From an uncultured Flavobacterium sp. (lineage in GTDB: Bacteria; Bacteroidota; Bacteroidia; Flavobacteriales; Flavobacteriaceae): DNA of 64,000 bases. This document shows positions 56,574 to 64,000 of the stretch, piece after piece. Under the pieces are notes generated by a model. It had not been told where the DNA came from and searched no databases. It saw only the letters and a list, made by a program, of their open reading frames with translations. The stretch is taken from positions 2,311-66,310 of the forward strand of contig CAZWAF010000002.1 in NCBI GenBank assembly GCA_964631795.1, given 5' to 3'. The position numbers and the translations under genes are program-made. Each line of letters opens with the position of its first letter. The first letter of the stretch is position 1.

Positions 56574-57500
56574 ATGAGCGAATTAAGTGTAAATCATTTA
56601 TTAGGCATAAAATATATCAACAAACAGGATATTGACCTTATTTTTGAAACTGCCGATCATTTTAAAGAAGTTATCAACCGTCCGATAAAAAAAGTGCCTT
56701 CACTTCGTGACATTACTATTGCCAATATATTTTTTGAAAACAGTACCAGAACCAAGCTTTCATTCGAATTGGCCGAAAAACGTTTGTCGGCCGATGTGAT
56801 GAGTTTCTCAGCCGCACAATCTTCTGTTAAAAAAGGAGAAACGCTGATTGATACTGTAAACAATATTTTGGCAATGAAAGTAGATATGGTGGTAATGCGT
56901 CATTCTAATCCGGGAGCAGCTTATTTCCTTTCTAAAAATGTAAAAGCAAGTATTGTAAATGCTGGTGACGGAGCTCACGAACATCCCACTCAGGCCTTGC
57001 TTGATTGTTATTCTATCAGAGAAAAACTGGGTGAAGTAGCCGGAAAAAAAGTAGTGATTGTAGGTGATATTTTACATTCAAGAGTAGCACTTTCTAATAT
57101 TTATGCTTTGCAAATGTTGGGTGCCGAAGTCAAAGTTTGCGGACCAAAAACTCTTATTCCAAGATATATAGAATCACTTGGAGTAAAAGTTGAACCAAAT
57201 TTACGTAAAGCATTAGAATGGTGTGATGTAGCCAATATGCTTCGTGTGCAAAATGAACGTTTGGATGTGAACTATTTCCCTTCAACCAGAGAATACGCAC
57301 AGCAATACGGAGTAGATAAGGCTTTGCTTGATTCTTTGAACAAAGAAATAGTAATTATGCACCCGGGACCTATCAATCGAGGAGTAGAAATTACTTCGGA
57401 TGTGGCCGATTCTCAACAATCAGTAATCTTAGATCAGGTAGAAAACGGAGTGGCAACCAGAATGGCAGTAATTTATCTTTTGGCTTCAAAAATTAAATAA
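56574..57500 (+). CDS. pyrB: Aspartate carbamoyltransferase catalytic subunit
   Basis: FFENSTRT, HEHPTQALLD, LRVQNER, MHPGPINRG. Confidence 0.95.
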   Translation: MSELSVNHLLGIKYINKQDIDLIFETADHFKEVINRPIKKVPSLRDITIANIFFENSTRTKLSFELAEKRLSADVMSFSAAQSSVKKGETLIDTVNNILAMKVDMVVMRHSNPGAAYFLSKNVKASIVNAGDGAHEHPTQALLDCYSIREKLGEVAGKKVVIVGDILHSRVALSNIYALQMLGAEVKVCGPKTLIPRYIESLGVKVEPNLRKALEWCDVANMLRVQNERLDVNYFPSTREYAQQYGVDKALLDSLNKEIVIMHPGPINRGVEITSDVADSQQSVILDQVENGVATRMAVIYLLASKIK

Positions 57501-57602
57501 AAAACGAATCACTAATTACACTAATTACACTAATTCTTAATTTTATTTCTAAATGAAATTTGTGAGAATTTCTGCAATTAGTCTTTAAAATCCTTAATTC
57601 AA

Positions 57603-57935
57603 ATGAAAGTAGATACTAAAGGACACACAACAATTATAAAAGAAACAGAAGCAGACATGGTTTCTTTTTTGGAAAAAGTAAGTAGTCAACACGCTACTTT
57701 CAAAGATTCAAATCTTATTTTAGACCTTACGCACGACAAAAACGTAGATATAAAAGCGATTAAAACTTTTGCCGATTTATCTAAAAAACACAAAAAGGGA
57801 AAAAAATCCTTTGTCATTGTAGCCGAAGACGTAGATTTTAATGCTATTCCTGAATATTTGACTGTGGTTCCTACAGTTTTGGAAGCACATGACATCATTG
57901 AAATGGAAGAAATTGAACGCGATTTAGGGTTTTAA
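57603..57935 (+). CDS. Conserved hypothetical protein upstream of rnz
   Basis: Ends with VVPTVLEAHDIIEMEEIERDLGF; no metallo-beta-lactamase motif. Confidence 0.7.
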   Translation: MKVDTKGHTTIIKETEADMVSFLEKVSSQHATFKDSNLILDLTHDKNVDIKAIKTFADLSKKHKKGKKSFVIVAEDVDFNAIPEYLTVVPTVLEAHDIIEMEEIERDLGF

Positions 57936-57940
57936 AAAAG

Positions 57941-57991
57941 TGTTTATTTGTTTAACTGTTTAATTGGTTAAACGATTAAACAGTTAAACAA
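57941..57991. repeat. Inverted repeat of TGTTTAAC-type octamers
   Basis: ttgtttaactgtttaatt / gattaaacagttaaacaa (17/18). Confidence 0.75.
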
Positions 57992-57996
57992 ACAAA

Positions 57997-58902
57997 ATGA
58001 AATTAACCATTCTTGGCTGTTATGCCGCAACTCCCAGAACTATTACTAATCCTACCTCTCAGGTTTTGGAGATTAAAAACAGGTATTTTCTGATTGATTG
58101 CGGAGAAGGAACTCAGGTTCAGTTGCGAAAAAACAAAGTCAAGTTTTCAAAAATCAATCATATTTTTATTTCCCATTTACACGGAGATCATTTCTATGGA
58201 TTGATTGGTTTAATTTCGACTTTTATGTTGCTTAACCGAACGACTGATTTACATATTTATGGACCAAAAGGAATAGAAGAGATTGTGAAATTACAGCTTC
58301 GTCTTTCGAATTCCTGGACCAGCTACGGTTTGTTTTTTCATATTTTGGAATCAAAAGAAAGCGAAGTGGTTTATGAAGATAGCAAAGTAATTGTAAAAAC
58401 CATTCCGCTAAAGCATCGAATTTATACCAACGGCTATTTATTTCAGGAGAAACCGGCAGAACGAAAACTGAATTTTGATGCCGTTCAAGAATATGAAATA
58501 GATAAATGTTATTTTCAAAATATCAAAAACGGAAAAGACATTACACTCGAAGACGGCCGAATCATTGCAAATGAAAAACTCAGTTTTGATCCACCAGCTC
58601 CCATGAGTTATGCATTTTGTTCAGATACGGTTTATAACGAAGCTATTATCCCAATCATAAAAGATGTAGATATTTTGTACCACGAATCTACTTTTCTGGA
58701 ATCAGAAAGTAGTTTGGCCGAAAAAACAATGCATACTACGGCAAAGCAAGCTGCCAAAATTGCATTGAAAGCCAATGTAAAACAACTGGTTTTGGGACAT
58801 TATTCTACACGATATGATAATATTAAATTATTTAAGTCAGAAGCCGAGACAATTTTTCCGGAAATAATATTAGCTGATGACGGAAAATCATTTGAATTTT
58901 AA
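57997..58902 (+). CDS. rnz: Ribonuclease Z
   Basis: DCGEGTQ, SHLHGDH, HESTF, HTTA, GHYSTRY. Confidence 0.93.
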   Translation: MKLTILGCYAATPRTITNPTSQVLEIKNRYFLIDCGEGTQVQLRKNKVKFSKINHIFISHLHGDHFYGLIGLISTFMLLNRTTDLHIYGPKGIEEIVKLQLRLSNSWTSYGLFFHILESKESEVVYEDSKVIVKTIPLKHRIYTNGYLFQEKPAERKLNFDAVQEYEIDKCYFQNIKNGKDITLEDGRIIANEKLSFDPPAPMSYAFCSDTVYNEAIIPIIKDVDILYHESTFLESESSLAEKTMHTTAKQAAKIALKANVKQLVLGHYSTRYDNIKLFKSEAETIFPEIILADDGKSFEF

Positions 58903-58948
58903 CTTTTAGGATTATTCGATGATTCGAACAATCAAACAATCGAAAACA

Positions 58949-59593
58949 ATGAAAGATTTAAACGATTACAGAAAATCATACGAAAAAGGAGAACTTTGGG
59001 AAACCAATATTCCCGAAGATCCAATTAATCTTTTCAATCGTTGGTTTCACGAAGCCGAAGATTTGGGAAGAGAGGAAGAAGTCAATGCCATGACCGTTTC
59101 TACTATTGGATTGGATGGTTTTCCCAAAGCCCGCGTGGTATTGATGAAACAATATACTTACGAAGGATTTATATTTTATACCAATTATAATTCTGAAAAA
59201 GGAAAAGCAATTGCCAATAATCCGAATCTTTGTCTTTCATTTTTCTGGCATACCATGGAGCGTCAGGTAATTATTAAAGGTGTAGCCGAAAAAACATCCG
59301 AGAATATTTCAGACGGTTATTTTGAATCAAGACCAGACGGAAGTAAGCTGGGAGCCATTGTTTCTAATCAAAGTGAGGTAATTCCTTCCAGAAACTTTTT
59401 GGAAGACAATTTAAAACAATTGGAAAAAGATTTTGAAGGAAAAGAAATCAAAAGACCTGATTTTTGGGGTGGTTTTCTGGTAAAACCTGTAGAAGTAGAA
59501 TTCTGGCAAGGAAGACCCAACCGATTGCACGACCGGATCAGATATAAATTACAGGAAGATTATTCATGGAAAATGGATCGATTATCGCCTTAA
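58949..59593 (+). CDS. pdxH: Pyridoxamine 5'-phosphate oxidase
   Basis: ARVVLMK, FYTNYNSEKG, YFESRP, EFWQGR.NRLHDR. Confidence 0.95.
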   Translation: MKDLNDYRKSYEKGELWETNIPEDPINLFNRWFHEAEDLGREEEVNAMTVSTIGLDGFPKARVVLMKQYTYEGFIFYTNYNSEKGKAIANNPNLCLSFFWHTMERQVIIKGVAEKTSENISDGYFESRPDGSKLGAIVSNQSEVIPSRNFLEDNLKQLEKDFEGKEIKRPDFWGGFLVKPVEVEFWQGRPNRLHDRIRYKLQEDYSWKMDRLSP

Positions 59594-59699
59594 AACAGTT
59601 TAGATTTTTATTTTTGCAAACAACTAACTTTTATTTTTAAAATCCATTGTCGCCACATCGATTCTTTCGACTTTCGACTTTACAACTTTTGACTTAAAT

Positions 59700-60728
59700 A
59701 TGTACAAACAAATTATTCGTCCTATATTTTTCTCTTTCGATCCCGAAAAAATTCATCATTTTACATTTTCAATGTTAAAAGTTTTGAATAAAATTCCGGG
59801 ATATTCGGCAATTTCAAATGCTATTCTTGAAGTAAAAGACCCGAGATTGGAAACGGAAGTTTTTGGACTTAAATTCAAAAACCCGGTTGGATTGGCCGCC
59901 GGATTCGATAAAGATGCCAAATTGTATAAAGAATTATCCAATTTAGGTTTTGGATTTATCGAAATTGGAACCCTGACTCCAAAAGGACAGGACGGAAATC
60001 CTAAAAAACGAATATTCAGGCTTACTTCCGATAGTGCGCTTATCAACCGCATGGGGTTCAATAACGGTGGGGTAGAAGCTGCTGTTGAAAGGTTGAAGAA
60101 AAACAAAGACGTTTTAATTGGCGGAAATATTGGAAAAAACAAAGTTACGCCAAACGAAGAAGCAACTCTTGATTACGAAATTTGCTTTGATGCTTTATAC
60201 AATTATGTTGATTATTTTGTGGTAAATGTAAGTTCTCCAAATACTCCAAATCTTCGTGCTTTGCAGGACAAAGAACCTTTGACACAATTATTGCAGACTT
60301 TGCAGAATAAGAATTTGGCCAAACCAAAACAAAAACCAATTCTGCTTAAAATTGCTCCCGATTTGACCGATGACCAATTATTAGATATTATTGATATTGT
60401 AAAAGAAACCAAAATTGCCGGAGTTATTGCAACCAATACCACTCTTTCTCGTGAAGGACTTATTTCTGAAAACAAAGAAGAAATGGGAGGAATGTCGGGC
60501 AAACCATTAAGAAAACGTTCTACCGAAGTAATTCGTTTTCTTTCGGAAAAAAGCAACAAAGCATTCCCTATTATTGGTGTGGGAGGAATCCACACTGCCG
60601 AAGATGCTTTGGAAAAACTGGATGCTGGAGCTAGTTTAATCCAACTTTATACCGGATTTATTTATGAAGGCCCTGCTTTAATTAAGAAAATCAATAAAGC
60701 TATTTTAAAAAGTCGTTTAAAAAAGTAG
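59700..60728 (+). CDS. pyrD: Quinone-dependent dihydroorotate dehydrogenase
   Basis: [35 protein letters not shown]. Confidence 0.95.
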   Translation: MYKQIIRPIFFSFDPEKIHHFTFSMLKVLNKIPGYSAISNAILEVKDPRLETEVFGLKFKNPVGLAAGFDKDAKLYKELSNLGFGFIEIGTLTPKGQDGNPKKRIFRLTSDSALINRMGFNNGGVEAAVERLKKNKDVLIGGNIGKNKVTPNEEATLDYEICFDALYNYVDYFVVNVSSPNTPNLRALQDKEPLTQLLQTLQNKNLAKPKQKPILLKIAPDLTDDQLLDIIDIVKETKIAGVIATNTTLSREGLISENKEEMGGMSGKPLRKRSTEVIRFLSEKSNKAFPIIGVGGIHTAEDALEKLDAGASLIQLYTGFIYEGPALIKKINKAILKSRLKK

Positions 60729-60856
60729 TTAAGTGGTAAAGTTATAAAGTAGTAAAGAGAATATTTTATATATTGGAAGTCTTTTTACAGACTCGTTACT
60801 TTTGTTACGACGTTTCGAAGCTGAAACTTTGTTACTTTGCAACTTAGAAAAAATCT

Positions 60857-61720
60857 ATGGAACCAATAAAAATAATAGAATGCCCTCGTGATGCCATGCA
60901 AGGCGTAAAGATGTTTATTCCTACCGAAAAAAAAGTAGCTTATATCCAATCTTTATTGCGTGTAGGTTTTGATACTATAGATTTTGGCAGTTTTGTTTCG
61001 GCCAAAGCCATTCCTCAAATGCAGGATACAGCCGAAGTTTTGGCACAACTCGATTTAAGCCAAACCAAAAGCAAATTATTGGCAATTATTGCCAACACTC
61101 AGGGTGCTCAAATGGCTTCACAACATCAGGCAATTCAATATTTGGGATTTCCTTTTTCTATTTCAGAAAATTTCCAAATGAGGAATACCCATAAAACCAT
61201 TGCCGAATCATTAATTACTTTACAGGAAATTCTGGAAATTGCCTATAAAAGTAATAAAGAAGTAGTCGCTTATCTTTCTATGGGTTTCGGAAATCCTTAT
61301 GGAGATCCCTGGAATGTGGAAATAGTAGGGGAGTGGACTGAAAAAATGTCGAATTTGGGCGTAAAAATCCTCTCTCTTTCTGATACCGTGGGAAGTTCTA
61401 CTCCTGAAGTGATTTCTTATTTATTTTCTAATTTAATTCCAAAATATCCGGCTATAGAATTTGGAGCTCATTTGCATACCACACCCAACAAATGGTTTGA
61501 AAAAATTGATGCTGCTTACCAATCGGGTTGTCGTCGTTTTGACGGAGCCATTCAGGGATTTGGTGGTTGCCCAATGGCAACAGATGTTTTAACAGGAAAT
61601 ATGCCTACTGAAAAATTGTTGTCTTATTTCACAGCCAAAAAAGAAAATACCAATACCAGCCCTATGAGTTTTGAAAGCGCTTATAATGAAGCTTCCAAGA
61701 TTTTTAATTTTTATCATTAA
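60857..61720 (+). CDS. Hydroxymethylglutaryl-CoA lyase
   Basis: ECPRDAMQG, SLSDTVG, HLH, GFGGCPMA, GNMPTE. Confidence 0.88.
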   Translation: MEPIKIIECPRDAMQGVKMFIPTEKKVAYIQSLLRVGFDTIDFGSFVSAKAIPQMQDTAEVLAQLDLSQTKSKLLAIIANTQGAQMASQHQAIQYLGFPFSISENFQMRNTHKTIAESLITLQEILEIAYKSNKEVVAYLSMGFGNPYGDPWNVEIVGEWTEKMSNLGVKILSLSDTVGSSTPEVISYLFSNLIPKYPAIEFGAHLHTTPNKWFEKIDAAYQSGCRRFDGAIQGFGGCPMATDVLTGNMPTEKLLSYFTAKKENTNTSPMSFESAYNEASKIFNFYH

Positions 61721-61782
61721 TCAATATCAAAAATTCATTTTAAACGCAGATAACTGAAAACCGGGACTGAACACTAAATATA

Positions 61783-64000
61783 TTATCTTCTGAATGCAGG
61801 ATCAGGATTATTTCTCTTATCCCATTTGATGTCGCTCAAGATTCCTGATTTTACACCAATAAAGAAACTCCAATAAGCATTCGGACCTATAGGTGACCAG
61901 TTTAAATCCATACGCCAACTCATCAAATCTCTTTCAAATCGCAATTGAGTATAAGTAACACCTCTTTGAATAAAATCATATCCTGAGGAACCTCCTATTT
62001 TCCATTTTGGAGAAATTTGCAGATTACCTGAAAACATCAACGAATTTCCTGTTAATTTATCTTCTTTGCTCATGTTACTGTAAGTAAGTGCATAAGCCAA
62101 TGTCAAATCCCAAGGTAATTTGTAATTAAAAAATTCAGTTACTTCTTTTTTATCATCAGAAGTGTCTTCATCATCTCCAAACTGACTTTCTCTACGGTCG
62201 CTCAAATCGGCATTAACACCAAATAAATCATCTTCACGACCACCATTTTTTGCTCCCTGAGTATTCGTTTTTTTTCCTCCCTGATAATCATTGCTTGTCA
62301 ATGAATAGTTTACTGTCATATTGGCACTGGTCATTCTGAAAAGACTTCCGCCGTTATCTATATTAAAAGTATTAATTCGTTGATTATTACTGTTAAGAGC
62401 ATAAGGATCTAAGGTAGTAGCGAAATTGACATTCATTTTATCTTTTAATAATAATGTACCTCCGCTTATTCTCATTGGTGTCCAAGCCAAAGAATCGGCA
62501 GCAAAATTATAACTGGTAGCTAAATTCAAATTATTTAACAACATGATTTTTTTAGCTTCCTTTTTCGAAGAATCTTTATTCTTAACTTTGGCTTCAAAAA
62601 CGTTATTTAATCCAATTCCGACTAAATTCGAATAATTTTTATTTGGTGCTCCGAAAAGTCCTTGTTCAAAACGAGAATAATCGCTTTGCATATTTCCACT
62701 GGCATCGGTTGCATAAGTATCATAATATTTCTCATAACTTGGCGTATAATTATGAGTTATAGAAGGACGAACAACGTGACGAATAGTCTGAATTTTCTTG
62801 TCTCTTCCAAAATTGAAAGTTCCGTAAATAGTTGTTCCTATACTAATGTTTGAAGTAATAGTTCTGTAAGAATCAAAACCATTTACTTCGGTAGTAGCAA
62901 CCTGATTGGTTGTAGAATCAAAATCTTTACGAATGGTTTTAAAATACCAAACCTCATTATAATTGGCTCCCGTGGTAACACTAAAATGTTTGAAAACCTT
63001 AAAATTGGTACTCAAAGGTATGGTGTGCTGAAATCCGAATTTAGCATCTTCAAACATTCTTGAAGTCATAAAATCAGCATCGGTGGTTTTAAGTCTGTTT
63101 TCTCCTCTTACACTATATTGTAAGTTGACATTTTTAATAAGACCTTTCTTTGAACCATCTTTTGGTGCAAAAGGAAAAATACGATCCACACTTGTCTGGA
63201 ATGTTGGTAAAGTCAGATTAATTTCTTTTGTCTGTGTATTTTGGGAATGCGTTGCCGTGAACGATGTATTAACTAAAGGAACTGATTGAAAAGTTTTGGA
63301 ATAGGAAACCGAAGAACTCATAGTATTATTCAATTGAGAACCTGCATTGACAATATTTAGGGAATTTTGATAATAATTACTACTTCCTAAATTGACAGAG
63401 GCCGAGAAAGTAGAATTAGGACTCGCTTTGGCATCTTGTGAATGATTCCATTGAATATTGTAAATTTTAGTACGGGAATAATCCGGAAATCCTTTTTCGC
63501 TTATAATTTGATTTTCATATCTAAAATTGGTACTTCCTCTGAATTTATATCGCTGCGCATAAGAAGACTGCATTCTTAAACCATAACTTCCGTTGGTGTA
63601 ATAATCTCCTAAAACAGATAAATCATATTTATCACTTAAAGCAAAATAATAACCTCCGTTTTGAATAGAATATCCTCTGTTTTGTGTATCCTGAAATGTT
63701 GGGATAATAATTCCGGACTGACTTTGCTGCATCATTGGGAAAAAAGCAAACGGCAAGGCTAGTGGAGTAGGCACGTTGGCAACATACATATTAGTAAATC
63801 CTACAACTACTTTTTTTCCGGGAACAAATTTGGCTTTTCGGGCAAGAAAATAATATTCGGGATCATCAATATCAACAGCAGTAGTGATTTTGGCATTTTT
63901 CATAAAATAAACCGAATCATTTTCTTTTTTAGAAATTTCTGCTATAATATTCAAATCTTGTTGTTTGGTTCTTGAATTCCAAACCAAAGCTCTTTTTGTG
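61783..64000 (-). CDS. LptD-like LPS-assembly outer-membrane protein (5' end outside the window)
   Basis: SGIIIPT, NGGYYF, GDYYTNGSYG, FERDL..W; the frame is open to the window edge. Confidence 0.75.
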   Translation of the reverse strand, partial: TKRALVWNSRTKQQDLNIIAEISKKENDSVYFMKNAKITTAVDIDDPEYYFLARKAKFVPGKKVVVGFTNMYVANVPTPLALPFAFFPMMQQSQSGIIIPTFQDTQNRGYSIQNGGYYFALSDKYDLSVLGDYYTNGSYGLRMQSSYAQRYKFRGSTNFRYENQIISEKGFPDYSRTKIYNIQWNHSQDAKASPNSTFSASVNLGSSNYYQNSLNIVNAGSQLNNTMSSSVSYSKTFQSVPLVNTSFTATHSQNTQTKEINLTLPTFQTSVDRIFPFAPKDGSKKGLIKNVNLQYSVRGENRLKTTDADFMTSRMFEDAKFGFQHTIPLSTNFKVFKHFSVTTGANYNEVWYFKTIRKDFDSTTNQVATTEVNGFDSYRTITSNISIGTTIYGTFNFGRDKKIQTIRHVVRPSITHNYTPSYEKYYDTYATDASGNMQSDYSRFEQGLFGAPNKNYSNLVGIGLNNVFEAKVKNKDSSKKEAKKIMLLNNLNLATSYNFAADSLAWTPMRISGGTLLLKDKMNVNFATTLDPYALNSNNQRINTFNIDNGGSLFRMTSANMTVNYSLTSNDYQGGKKTNTQGAKNGGREDDLFGVNADLSDRRESQFGDDEDTSDDKKEVTEFFNYKLPWDLTLAYALTYSNMSKEDKLTGNSLMFSGNLQISPKWKIGGSSGYDFIQRGVTYTQLRFERDLMSWRMDLNWSPIGPNAYWSFFIGVKSGILSDIKWDKRNNPDPAFRR

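Noticed and set aside
57603-57935. Second RNase Z or a split rnz
   Set aside because: No HxHxDH motif, and the adjacent rnz is complete.

Overview
AT-rich chromosomal window of a Bacteroidota bacterium, most likely Flavobacterium (inferred from gene content and TAnnTTTG -7 promoters). It has three parts. (1) Housekeeping stretches at 1-14.4 kb, 21.8-28 kb and 49.3-64 kb, including the SRP RNA and tRNA-Arg(ACG). (2) A ~6.1 kb integrase-less island bounded by 14-bp direct repeats of the tRNA-Arg 3' end (15419-21554). It carries an XRE-associated operon of secreted proteins, with a hicAB module just outside. (3) A ~20.5 kb denitrification/NO-stress island (28.5-49.0 kb): NirK-cytochrome c fusion and accessory genes, a ric-led operon with a class III ribonucleotide reductase, norCBQD plus accessory genes, a second NorC/NorB-like pair and an Rrf2 regulator. 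The most notable observations are: (a) a NorB paralog with a rewired active site (helix-VI His/Glu/Glu changed to Gly/Val/Asn, and a low-spin heme His changed to Met), whose cytochrome c partner has lost its heme-binding half by deletion; (b) NrdD split so that the glycyl-radical motif is on a separate 57-aa gene missing from the ORF track; (c) a shared promoter grammar across the island (ATGAT-N4-ATCAT, 22 nt, -7 box, plus a 9-6-9 palindrome); (d) two unrelated island proteins ending in nearly the same 14-aa tail; (e) a YhcG/DUF1016 gene with its nuclease core deleted. No database search was run; family assignments come from motifs read in the sequence.
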